Shown here piece by piece: positions 24,243-37,000 of a DNA stretch of 64,000 nt. Origin of the DNA: Basidiobolus meristosporus CBS 931.73 (lineage: Eukaryota > Fungi > Basidiobolomycota); contig MCFE01000357.1 in assembly GCA_002104905.1 (NCBI GenBank), forward strand, positions 1 to 64,000, given 5' to 3'. Each line of letters starts with the position of its first letter. Within the stretch, counting starts at the first letter, position 1. The position numbers were made by a program, and so were the translations under genes. The notes under the pieces were generated by a model. It searched no databases. It saw only the letters and a program-made list of their open reading frames with translations, and was not told the origin of the DNA.

Positions 24243-27200
24243 AATCCTTGCAGGATTCACTTTGACCATTTTCACCAAAGTAACAGGTACCCAGAACATA
24301 GAGAATACTGACCAAATTCCTTGTTAGGACTTACTTAGAATATTCTCACCAAAGTACCAGGTACCCAGAACATGGAAATTCTCAAAGTTATTCAAACAGC
24401 CACAAACTTTGCACACATGTTCTTGGTGCTTTTCTAAGCCTATTCCACATGTTTGTTATTCCAAGACTGTGTGAAAGTATATATATCACTTTTACATTTG
24501 ATAAATCAATAAGTGAAAACCACTTAATCTACTTGTCCTCCCAATCACTTCCAGTATCCCCAAGACTCTTACAACAGGTCATGAGCCCCAAGCTGTCACT
24601 CTCTGCAATGTCTACTACTGCTATTACTGAAATTTTTCCCTCTGCTGAAAAGTTGGATGGGTCTTACTCTCAAGTGTGGAAGGTGAAGATGAAGAAACTG
24701 CCACAAGTAAGATGCCTCTGGGATATTGCTGTGGGAGAAGAATGCCCTCCTAAAAGTGCAAGGATTCTCAGATGTGGTATATGGACTCTGGATCATCTCA
24801 ACACTTTACGTACCAAAAAAAACTTTTTACCCAATATCAAGATATTCCAATGAAGAAGGCTTTCATGGGTGACAATAGAACACTTGATGCATCGGGAGAA
24901 GGAGCTATCCAAGCTAACCTGAGAAGCAGTGAAGGAAGCCATAGACCAACCTTTAAAGAAGTACCTTATGTACTAGAAACAGCCAAGAAGCTACTATCTG
25001 TAAGCAAGACCACTGCAGAAGGACTCAGTTTCAGCTTTGACAAATCTGGATTCAAGATCAATGATCAAAATGATGCCCATATTGCTTTGAGTATCAGTGA
25101 TTGGAATCTATACAAGTTGACTTATATGTCATCCTATCTGGAAGCCAGTATAAGTAACTTGAATGAAGAAACATGAATGCTTTGGCACAGGAGATTTGAG
25201 CACATCAATTTTGAATATTTGCACAGAATGATCAAAGATCAGCTAATTTCTGGTGTAAAAATTGATCCCCCAGATAGCCTGGAGCATTGTGAAGCCTGCA
25301 TTTATGGGAAAAAAGTCAGACAACCATTCAGGAGCCCTGGGATAATCAAAACTAAGAAAAAACTAGATCTAGCTCACTCAGATCTGTGTGGACCTTTGCA
25401 AAATTTGTCCTTAGGCAGGATGAGGTATTTAACCACTGTTATTGATGATTATATAAGATACACATAGGTCAACTTTTGAGAGAGAAAGGAAAAAGCTCTG
25501 TCTAAGCTCAGGGACTTCAAAGCCATGGTGGAGAGAGAAACTGGTGGGAAAATCAAGAAAATACGCTCTGACAATGGTAGAAAATATTCCTCAAAACTTT
25601 TCATCCACTTCTGCAAATTCATGGGATAAAGCAAGAGACTACTGTACCATACTCCCCACAGCAAAATGGAGTAGCTGAATGTGCTAATAGATCACTAGTT
25701 GATGTGGTAAGATCTATGATCCATGATAAAAAATTATCCTATGATTTTGGAGCGGAATGAGTTGCCACTGCTGTATACCTTAAAAATAGGAGTTATAACA
25801 GAATACTTCATGTGTTATGATCTGCCGCTTGAATGTCTAAGTTAGATCAATTCTTAGTCAAATCAATCAGTTATATGTTTAGGTTATCAGTATATCAGTA
25901 TTATCTATCAAATCAGTAGCATTAGTCAGCATATGAACCAGCAGATCCTTATCAGACAGAAATAGATATATTAGGTAGGATCCTATTGGGTGATGATGAT
26001 GCAATCAAAAGAGTCATCAGCCACAACTTACATTAGGAAATACAATTAGTCAGCAATTGATCTGGCAAAATGTATATAAGGAGCTGCTGGAATCTCAATC
26101 AAGATCAGTTCAGGTTTTAGTAAATACAACACTAGCTAAACTCTCTGCTCCTCTACAACTCTTACACCAAGACTTGTAACACATGATTTACTCCATTTGA
26201 AGCATGGCATAGGTACACTCTAAGTGCAGAACATCTATGACTACTTAGGTGTACAACATATGCCAAGACACTGCCCAGGAATCAGTCAAAATTTGAACTA
26301 AAAAGTGTAAATGCATATTTTTGTGCTACTGCATGGAGAGTAAGGCATACGGACTCTACAATACCAAAGCAAAGAAGCTGATCAAGTCCAGGGATGTGTT
26401 TTTTTGATGAAAATTCAAAATTTTCACAAAAAATGACATCAGATGATGACAAAAATCTGATCTCAAGTCCACTAATTGTTAGGATAGAATGCAAGCAAAA
26501 CAATGAGGATTTTTTACTCCAGCAGACTCCACAACTGTGGTTCAGCCAGAAATAGTGCCCAGAAATATCCCAAAAGTGATCATTCCAGTATCAGATGCCT
26601 GGAGATCCAATTGGACAAGAAATAGCCCAAATTACTATATCAATGAGGGCACAAACTTAGTCTATACCTATTCAGTTCATATTGATGAACCCCAGACTGT
26701 AAAAGAGGCCCTAAATAGTCCTCAGGCAAAGTTTTGGAAATCTGCATGACTGAGGAATATCAGGCCCTAATGGAAAATAAACTTGGGACTTGGTCAAATT
26801 ACCAATCAACCAAGAATCAATTGGATGCAGATTGGTCTTCAAGACAAAATACAAGGCTGGTGGTACAGTTGAAGAATACAAAGCAAGACTTGTGGTCAAA
26901 GGATACTCTCAAACAAAAGGACTTGACTATATTGAGACCTTTGCACTGGTATCCAAGTTTAATTCCATCAGATTAATATTGGCTATTGCAGCCAAATACA
27001 AGTTTTTCAGACATTAAATGGATGTGAAAACTGCATATTTGAATGGTGAACTTGCTGAGGACATGTATATGGCCCAGCCTGATGGGTTTGATGACCAAGA
27101 TAACCCCCATTTGGTCTGCAAGCTCTAAAAGTCACTATATGGTCTCAAGCAATTACTCAGAGCTTGGAATTGCAAGATATATTCTTATTTGGAATCTTTG

Positions 27201-27266
27201 AGTTTCAAAAGGAGTAATGCCAACTATAGTATACACTATTAGCCAGATAGAGCAAATCCAGCTCTA
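24243..27266 (+). mobile_element. Copia family B copy: partial 5' LTR (to 24576), PBS, gag deleted to protease, integrase, RT start
   Basis: WYMDSGSSQH protease, LWHRRFEH, HSDLCGP, YKARLVVKGYSQTKG; colinear with 33589-36900. Confidence 0.92.
25813..26181 (+). repeat. Solo LTR of a third family (C) inserted in the copia-B integrase, 4-bp TSD CATG
   Basis: TGTTA...TAACA termini; CATG at 25809-25812 and 26182-26185; removing it restores the sequence seen at 35820-35850; TATA-like GTATATAAG ~26073. Confidence 0.85.
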
Positions 27267-27431
27267 TGCATCAAGTTGGCATTGGTGATCTGCTTCTGGA
27301 TAAATATTCCTACAATGTCCATATATGACCCCAAATGATTCCAATGTACTCCTGGTAGAAATGGCTTCAGAAGGCCACTTTAATAAGTACATATCCAGCT
27401 CATTCAGTCTTTGCATTGGTATTGTTGCATA
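27267..27431 (-). mobile_element. CACTA-like transposase fragment
   Basis: MQRLNELDMYLLKW..., matching 8540-8710 and 32330-32480. Confidence 0.8.
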
Positions 27432-29115
27432 TGTTGTAAAAATTTGTATTTCCACCTAAATATTCACCTAACTTAGTCATTTAGATCATTACCTTCATAT
27501 TCTAGAGAATACTGACCAAATTCCTTGTTGGGATTTACTTAGAATATTTTCACCAATATACCAGATACCCAGAACATGAAAATTCTCAAATTTGTCCAAA
27601 CAGCCCCAAATTTGCACACATGTTCTTGGGACCTTCCTTGACCTATTCTAAGTGTTTGTTATGCCAAGACCATGCAAAAGTATAAATATTAGTTTTGCAT
27701 TCAATAAATCATTAAGTGAAAACCACATAATCTACTTGTACTCCCAATCACTTCTAATATTTCCAAGACTCTTACAACAGGTTATGAGCCCCAAGCTGTC
27801 ACTCCCTGCAATGTATACTACTGCTATTACCAGAATGTTTCCCTCTGCTGAGAAGTTGGATCAATCTAACTACCAAGTGTGGAAGGTGAAGATGAAGATG
27901 CTGCTACAAGAAAGAGGCCTATGGGATATTGTCATGGGAGAAGAATGCCCTCCTAAAATGTGGGAGAGGAAGCCTTAAAGTACCAGAAAAAAGAACAAAG
28001 TGCCTTTAACTGCATTTGACTTAATCTTAAAGACAAATAGTTAATTCAATGCTCAAAAGTAAAAACAGCAAAGCCCTGACTTTCCTTATCAATATATGGC
28101 TGGAAATCTGATGTATATCATGCTTGGAACATGTCCAGATATCATATATTCAGTGGGAGTTGTCAGCCAACATAATCTGAGCTATGGATCTGATCATATT
28201 GCACCAGTTAAGCGGATTTTTAAATACCTAAAAGTAATTGCTGATATCTGCTTAAGATACACTTATAGGGACTAAGAATAGAACCTTGTGGGATACTCTG
28301 ATGCTGATTGGGGACAAAATTTGGAACACAGAAGATCCACCACAGGATACACCTTTGTTTACTGTAAAGCAGCAATTTCATGGAATTCAAGAAAGCAACC
28401 AGCAGCAGCACTTTCTACCACAGAGGCAGAGTATATGGCAGCCTGTCAAGCTGCAAAAGAAGCTATGTGGTTAAGAAAGCTTTTTAAAGATTTAGGCCTA
28501 TGTCAAAAAACACCTTTTACATTATTTCAAGATAATTAAGGATGTACACAATTAGGTAGAGATTCAACTTCTCATGCTAGAACTAAGCACATGGATATTA
28601 GACATCATTTCATATGTGAAGCTATAGAGAATAACTTAGTTAGTTTGGTTTACTGCCCTTCTGATGAAACAATTGCAAACATATTTACCAAACCATTAGC
28701 TAGAGACAAGTTGAATATCTTAGGTCAAAATCAGGACTAGTCAGTATGAACATTTAGCTGAGTGGGAGTGTTGTAAATATTTGTAATTCCACCAAAATAT
28801 TCACTGAACTTAGTCACTTAGATCATTACCTTCAAATTCTAGCAAATACTGACCAAATTCCTTGTTGGGATTTACTTTGAATATTTTCACTAAAATACCA
28901 GGTACCAGGAACATGAAAATTCTCAAAGTTGTCCAAACAACCCTAGAACTTGCACACATGTTCTTTGGACCTTCCTTAACCTATACTACATGTTTGTTAT
29001 GCCAGGATCATGTAAAAGTATAAATACAACTTTTACATTCAATAAGCCATGAAGTGAAAACTACATAATCTCTTGTCCTCCTGATACTTCCAGTATCTCC
29101 AAGACTCTTATAACA
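27432..29115 (+). mobile_element. Internally deleted copia-B element (1.68 kb) with both LTRs (27432-27779, 28769-29115), PBS and PPT
   Basis: PBS GGTTATGAGCCC at 27780; gag start joined to RT end at 28070-28073; RNase H WNSRKQ..ALSTTEAEY; PPT GAGTGGGAG; flanks GCATA/GAATC (no TSD). Confidence 0.92.
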
Positions 29116-29800
29116 GAATCAAGCCATTGCAAATTAGTGATCATTAAATTTTTGTTATAGGTAACATCAAGGTTGTCAAAATTAATGACAGAGCTCCTAT
29201 AATAAATTCCATGCATATGTATACATCATCTGTTACACCGGTGCAGCTATTTGATCTGATTTGCACCTACTCAATTTGTTGCATGCTTGCTATGACACCT
29301 TATCAAATCACTAAGGTCAGGGATCTACTTGCTCAATGGGCAAAATGGGATATTTGATGGCAAGTCAGGTAGCTTGTGTATTGGTCAATGAGCCAAGTGG
29401 GAGCTAATAGCTTCAGGATACTCTTAGACCTATCAAATATTGACATATCAACCAATTCAAATAACAATAACAACTATGGTAAGTATCAGTGTAGCTTATA
29501 GTGTGATACACATTTATTTCCATTTACATTAAAGAAGCCTATCCAAATACTGGATTTTACCTCCCACAATAATGGTATCCATTTGCGCATGTGATGCAAA
29601 CATTACAAGTTGGTGCAATCATCCATGTCAACCTCATTGTGTCAGATTGTGCCATAGTGTGCAAGATAGCTCCACACAATGCAAAATGGCCTAAGAGTAA
29701 TCCTGCCTACTGGTAACTACAAAATTGAGCCCAAATGTATTTTGCAATCATGGATTGTGCCTTGCACCCTGGCCCCAAACAGTGGAAGAAGTCTATTATG
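29116..29800 (+). mobile_element. CACTA-like ORF3-type region
   Basis: Matches 9800-10300 and 20730-21000. Confidence 0.7.
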
Positions 29801-29809
29801 TGGTTTGCA

Positions 29810-30960
29810 TGTAATGATTTGAATGTAAAAATAGCATTTGTACTTTTCCATGGTATTGGCATAGCAAGCACATAGAATAGACTTAAGAAGGTCCCAAGAA
29901 CCTGTTTGCAAAGTTTGGGGCTGTTTTGACACTTTGAGAATTTTCACAAACTGGCTTCCGGATATTTAGTGAAAATTTTCAAAGTAAACCCAACAAGGAA
30001 TACTGCTAGTATTCTCTAAGATTAGTATGTGATAATCTAAGTAACTAAGTTAGATGAATATACAGGTAGAATTTCAAACTTTTACACAAAAATAGGAACT
30101 AAAACAGAATATTTTGGGACACTACTTCCTTTAGGGAATGTTATGGATATAAACCAGGTTCATATCACCTAAGAGTATTTAGATGCTTGGCACATGCCAA
30201 AAAAAAGTCGGGAATATTCAGAACTTCAGCTAAAATGTGCTATATAATATAAACTCAAAGGATCACAAAATGATTACAGATGATGACCAATATTCAAATG
30301 CAAGCCCATCAGCTGTTATCATTTAATTAGAATAAGACCATTGGCTTCTTTCACTCCAGAGGACTCTGCAGCCATGGTTTATCCTGGACTGGTGCCTAGG
30401 AATATCCCAGAAGCTGGTTTGCAGCATCATAAGGCAGAAGATGAAATCAAACTCAGAAGTAGCCCTAGTGACTATATCAGTGAGCGTATCAACTTGGTCA
30501 ATACTTATTTAGTCCATATTGATGAGCCACACATAGTACAGAGGCCTAAATAGCCCTCAGGCAAAGCTTTTGAGATCTGTAAAGACTGAGGACCAGCACA
30601 CCCTGATGGAAAATCAAACATGAGATTTGGTCAAGTTCCTGATCAATCTAAATCAATTGGATGCAAGTAGGTCCTCACCACAAAATACAAGGTTGATGGT
30701 ACAGTTGCTAGACACAAAGCAAGACTTGTGGCCAAGGGATACTCATAAACAATGGTACTGAGCTACACTGACACCTTTCCACTGGTAGCCAAGTTTAATA
30801 TTCTAACACTAATATTGGCTATTACAGCCAAATAGAGGTTATTTATTTATCAAATGCAGGCAAAAACCAAACTTTTGAATGGTCAGCATGATGAGGATGC
30901 ATACATTGACTAGACTGGTGGGTTTGCTGACTGAAATACTCCCCATTTTAACTGAAAGCT
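29810..30960. mobile_element. Copia-B debris: partial LTR on minus (~29810-30088) and integrase-end/RT-start on plus (~30110-30960)
   Basis: MKILKVSKQPQT LTR-derived frame; VHIDEP and QGLVAKGYS-type motifs. Confidence 0.75.
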
Positions 30961-31099
30961 TAATAATCTCTACAGTCTGAGTCATTGCCAATATGCTGGA
31001 ATTGCCCCTATGAAAAATAATTTGGTCCCACAGGTGGATCCAATTTGGATCAGTTGTCAATATCCTGTCAGGAGACTGCTATAATACCAGCAGCTTCAA

Positions 31100-34000
31100 A
31101 TTAATGACCATTTACACAATCTTGTGATAAGATCACAACAGTATTTGCTAATTTTACAGCCAAATAAAGTTGATAAAATATGACATTGTTCATAAAGTGT
31201 ATTGCCAAGGGTGGTACGGCATTGTTGTGGTCTTGGTGCACTTTACAATGATTTGAGTGAACCTAACTGGCCAGTACATCCAATTGCCTTATATGGCAAG
31301 GAACTTGACAGTGTTTGATGGCCTCTTTGCAAGCCTCTGATGGCATTATCATGGCAGTATGGTGGCCTACAGCTAGCAACATAAAATGCTACCATACCAT
31401 TTTACCAAGTGGTATTTCCTTTTTCTACCTCCCCTTGCACAACTCATATATTCCACTGTAGAATCATCCCTCTTGATTTGCTTACCCACTACATCCTTGG
31501 GTATTCCACATATATCTTAAATCAAAAAATACTATGGCCCCCAGCATACCAACCTCTACCAACACACACACCTGCTGCAATTGACACACTTCTATCACCT
31601 CAACTTTACGGCTTTTTGGTGTGATGCTTGCAAAGTAGCCATATATCTTACATTGCTGGTAACATATACATCTTGCAAACAGATGCTTGGCTGCTGCCAC
31701 TTCTGCCATGAATACCTCTTGAATATCAGCAAAGAACTTCTTGGTATTTAACCAATATATTCCTTCTCCCTGCTGGATTCTAGTCCCCTTTATAAGTGCA
31801 TTCTGGCTCTTTTTTGTGTGAATTTCATATTGAATGGTGTAGAAATTGGCTTGTGACCAAGTGAGATCCAGCATACCTTGGTAGAGTTTTCCTAATAAAA
31901 ATTAGTTACTTGTTGCATCCAACCCAACCTTGCATTACTTAACTGATTACCCACACATTGGGGCTGCTTAGCTTCTTAATGACATAGGCATAGATGTCTC
32001 CATGTGCACATCTGTCCTCAGTATTTTCCAACTTTTCCTGGCTGTCCTCCATGCACCAATTCATCACATCCATGACAGATTTGAAGGTAATATTCTTGAT
32101 GAAAATGGGATATGGTAGTACCTGCGACTTGACTTGTCTTCCTATCTCCCCACACATCTGCTCCATAGGAAACTCCCAAAAGGTGAAGCAAGGTCCAATA
32201 TTCTCAATACACCAAGTAAGATGGAATAGCAAATGGATACAGCAGTGGCAGAGATCTATGCATTCAGCTTTATGTTTATAGTATAGCCACTCAAATCCTG
32301 TCACAAACATTTTGCACAATAGCTGTAGATGTGTCAAGCTGGCATTGGTGATCTGCATCTTGATGATTATTCCTGCAAAGTCCACATATGACTCCCAATG
32401 CTTCCAATGTACTCTTGGTAGCAATAGCTTCAGAAGGCCACTTGAATAAATACATATCCAGTTCATCCAGTCCTTGCACTAGTATTGTCACATGGGCATA
32501 TGAATGTTGGTTGGAGCCTGTGAGAGGTAGCTATGGTAGCAGATACTTTGTAATATCTTGCCAATTATTTCAAATTTCTTTAGTATTTCAAAGAGCTATT
32601 TAGCTTGAGATCCCCCACGTACAACTGGGTCATCAGTATAGGGATATTTTTGAAAAACTATTACATTGCTCCCGGTGGAAAGTTTTTGCTGCAACAGATA
32701 CCCTCTATCCTAAACATCTCTGGTTTACAATTAATTCCATATTATTGCCAATGGCTTATAGCTTGCCAACTTTGCTGCAATTGCATTCTGCCATTTGTAT
32801 GTTCTCTCTGTGGAAAGATTATGCTCTTAGTGTTGGTGGTTGGGTAATAATAGTGTGTGTGAGTTATGAAGTAAGTCCCCTGGATCTCACACATTTGACA
32901 GCAATGCATGCCATTGTGCCCAGAAAAGCTGGCTATCTTGCTGATGCCTGGTGTATATCCAATGCAGATAATAATATGAGCTTTTACATGATGGCCATTT
33001 ACTGTTATCCTACTGGAAAGCATGCAAAATTCATCTAGCAATGGATACAGGTAGCTATCCAGGTTGGATTGTGATTTAGGCCCAGATACCAGTGAGACCA
33101 CCATAAGATTTTGGCACTGATACCGTAAGATAGGCAGCAAAATCAGGTTGATGAGATTCAGTTGCCAGCAGGATCTGCTGGTGGAGTACTTGTTTGATGA
33201 GTATCCATCAAGTGCCAAGGCAAAGGCAAGGTCATACATACCTTCAAAGTGGCCCTTGCTTCTTAGCTGTTTGTAGTGTTTGCCATCAAGCATATCTGAT
33301 ACGTTTGTGTTTGATTGATACTGAGTGGGGTACTTTATAGATTCACAATATTTGTCAGACTGCATGAGCTTGTTTATATGTGGTATTACTGTAATATATC
33401 TGGAGTGTGAGCAATGTTTTCCCCCAATGGTGGTGGATTCCCGCCAAGTTGGACACCTTGCAGTGGTGGCATTTCCAGATGTGAATGCCATGTAATTGTT
33501 AACACATGCTGGCATCAGGACAGTCTCTGGATCATATGTTGCCAGCCATATGGCAGTTTTCCACTTATACTATATACATGGTAAGTTGTGTTGTAAAGAA
33601 TTTGTATTTCCACCTAAATATTCACCTAACTTAGTCACTTAGATCATTACCTTCCTATCCTAGAGAACACTGACCAAATTCCTTGTTGAGATTTACTTGG
33701 AATATTTTCACCAAAATACCAGGTACTCAGAAAATGAAAATCCTCAAAGTTGTCCAAACAGCCCCAAACTTTGCACACATGCTCTTGGGACCTTCCTTAA
33801 TCTATTCTAAGTGTTTGTGAATCCAAGGCCATATAAAAGTATAAATACTACTCTTACATTCAATAAATCATTAAGTGAAAACCACATAATCTACTTGTCC
33901 TCCCAGTCACTTCCAATACCTCCAAGACTCTTACAACAGGTTATGAGCCCCAAGCTGGCACTCTCTGCAATGTCCACTAATGCTATTACTGGAATTTTTC

Positions 34001-37000
34001 CCTCTGCTGAAAAGTTGGATGAATCTAACTATCAAGTGTGGAAGGTGAAGATGAAGATGCTGCTGCAAGAAAGAGGACTTTGGGATATTGTCTTGGGAGA
34101 TGAATGCCCTCCTAAATACACGGGAGAGGAAGCCTTGAAGTACCAGAAAAAAGAACAAAGTGTCTTTAACTGCATTTGCCTTAATGTTAAAGACAAATTG
34201 CTAATTCAATGCTCAAGAGCAAAAACAGCAAAGAATGCCTGGAAGGCATTAGAAGACACCTACCAGTCATGTTAAGCTGCTAAGCAAATGTATCTGAGAC
34301 AAAATTCTTTACTACAAAGATGCTGTCAGGAGAAGAAATGAAAAATCTAATTAACAGAATTATCCTGCTGGTAGATGAGATGGAATCTGTGGGTGTACCA
34401 ACCACTGATGTGGATGTGATAGTTACCATCCTAAATAGCCTGACAGACAGGTTTTGGGGCCTTTTATCATCTCTAGAGTCCAGAACTGAAGATTTGACCT
34501 TAAATTACATATATGGAAGGCTCCTGGAAGAAGAATTAAGAAAATCAAGTGCAATTAAAAAGGAAGAAGAAAATGCTTTAGTAAGCAATGATAACCAGCA
34601 AAGGAGGTACCCAAAGCCCTACAAAGACAACAGCAACCTGGTTTATAACTACTGCAAAAGGAAAGGACACACATCAGACCGGTGTCTCAAAAAGAAAAAT
34701 AATCAGCAAAAGAAGCCTGAATATGGAAATACTGCACCAACTGAAGATCGACTATTCATATCTGTACTAAATATGACCACAAACAAGGATTCTCAGATGT
34801 GGTATATTGACTCTGGAGCATCTCAACACTTTATGCACCAAAAAGAACTTTTTACCCAATGTCAAGAAATTCCAATTATGAAGGTTTTCATGGGTGACAA
34901 AAGAACATTTGATGCAGTGGGAGAAGGAACTATCCAAGTAAACCTAAGAAGCAGTGAAGGAAGCCATACACTGACCTTGAAAGAAGTACTCTATGCACCA
35001 GAAATTGCCAAGAACCTACTATCTTTAAGCAAGGCCACTGCAGAAGGACTCAGTTTCAGCTTTCACAACTCTGGATGCAAGATCAATGATCAAGATGGTG
35101 CCCATATTGCTTTGGGTGTCAGAGATCAGAATCCATACAAGTTGACTTATATTCCACCATGTTTGGAAGTCAATATAAGTAACTTAAATGAAGACACACC
35201 AATGCTTTGGCACAGGAGATTTAGGAACATCAATTTTGATTATTTGTGCAAAATGATCAAAAATCAGCTAATTTCTGGAGTAAAAATTGATCTCCCAGCT
35301 AGTTTGGAGCACTGTAAAGCCTGCATATATGGGAAACAAGCCAGACAAATGTTCAAGAGCTCTGGGTTGATCAAAATTAAGAAAATTTTAATCTAATTCA
35401 CTCAGATCTGTGTGGACCTATTCAAAATTTATCCTTAGGTGGATGAAGTATTTAATCACGTTTAGTGATGATTATACAAGATACACATGGGTCTACTTCA
35501 TTAAGAGAAAGGAAGAAGCTCTTTCTAAGTTGAGGGCGTTTACAGCCATGGTGGAGAGAGAAACTGGTGAAAAAAACAAGAAAATATGCTCTGACAATGG
35601 TGGAGAATATACCTCAAAACTCTTCATCCACTTCTGCAAAATTCATGGGATAAAGCAAGAGACTACTGTACCATACTCTCCACAGCAAAATGAAGAAGCA
35701 GAACATGCTAACAGATCAATAATTGATATGGCAAGATCTATGATCCATGATCAAAAATTATATTATGATTTTTGGGTGGAATTGTTGCCACTGCTGTATA
35801 TCTTAAGAATAGGAGTTATAACAGAATACTGTGTGATTCTACTCCATTTGAAGCATGGTATTAATACAGACCAAGTGCAGAACATCCAAGAATATTTGGG
35901 TGTACAGCATATGCCAAGAAACTGCCCAGAAATCAGTCAAAATTTGCGCCAAAAAGTGTAAAATGCATATTTTTGGGCTACTGCAATGAGAGTAAAGCAT
36001 ACAGACTCTACAATACTGAAGCAAAGAAGCTGATCAAGTCCAGGGATGTGTTGTTTGAGGAAGATTCAAAATTCTCACAAAAAACGACATCAGATGATGA
36101 CAAATATCTGATCTCAAATCCACCAATTGTCAGGATTGAATAGTGCAAAACAATGAAAATTTTTTCACTCCAGAGGACTTTACAACCGTGGTTCAGCCAG
36201 AATCAGTGCCCAGGAATATCCCAGAAGTGATCACTCCAGTATCAAATGCCTGGAGATCCAATTGGATAAGAAATAGCCCAAATTACTATATCAATGATGA
36301 TACAAACTTAGCCTATGCCTATTCAGTCCATATTGATGAACCCCAGACTGTAAAAGAGGCCCTAAATAGCCCTCAGACAAAGTATTGGAGATCTGCAATG
36401 ACTGAGGAATATCAGGCTCTGGTGGAAAATCAAACTTGGGACTTCGTCAAATTACCAATCAACCAAGAATCAATTTGATGCAGATTGGTCTTCAAGACAA
36501 AATACAAGGCTGATGGTACAATTGAAAGATACAAAGCAACACTTGTAGCCAAAGGATACTCTCAAACAAAAGGACTTGACTATACTGAGACCTTTGCACT
36601 GGTATCCAAGTTTAATTCCATCAGATTAATATTGGCTATTGCAGCCAAATATAAGTTTTTTATTCATCAAATAGATGCAAAAACTGCATTATTGAATGGA
36701 GAACTTGATGAGGACGTGTATATGGACCAGCCTGATGGGTTTATTGACCAAGATAACCCCCATTTGGTCTGCAAGCTTAAAAAGTCACTATATGCTCTCA
36801 AATAATCACTCAGAGTCTGGAATTGCAAGATAGATTTTTATTTGGAATCTTTGAGTTTCAAAAGGAGTAATGCTGACTATTGTATATACTATAAGCCAGA
36901 CAGAGCAAATCCAGTTCTATTAGCTCTATATATTGATGATCTTATTATAGCCGCTAATAACCTAGCAACATTGGAAGAGACTAAATCCAGCCTGTCTAAG

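Noticed and set aside
29120-29700. Ulp1 protease or a second Tnp2 in the ORF3 region
   Set aside because: Only isolated look-alikes (GFFNVNGN, DDVYICM, GIFDGK); not conserved in frame in the other copies, and no catalytic set could be assembled.
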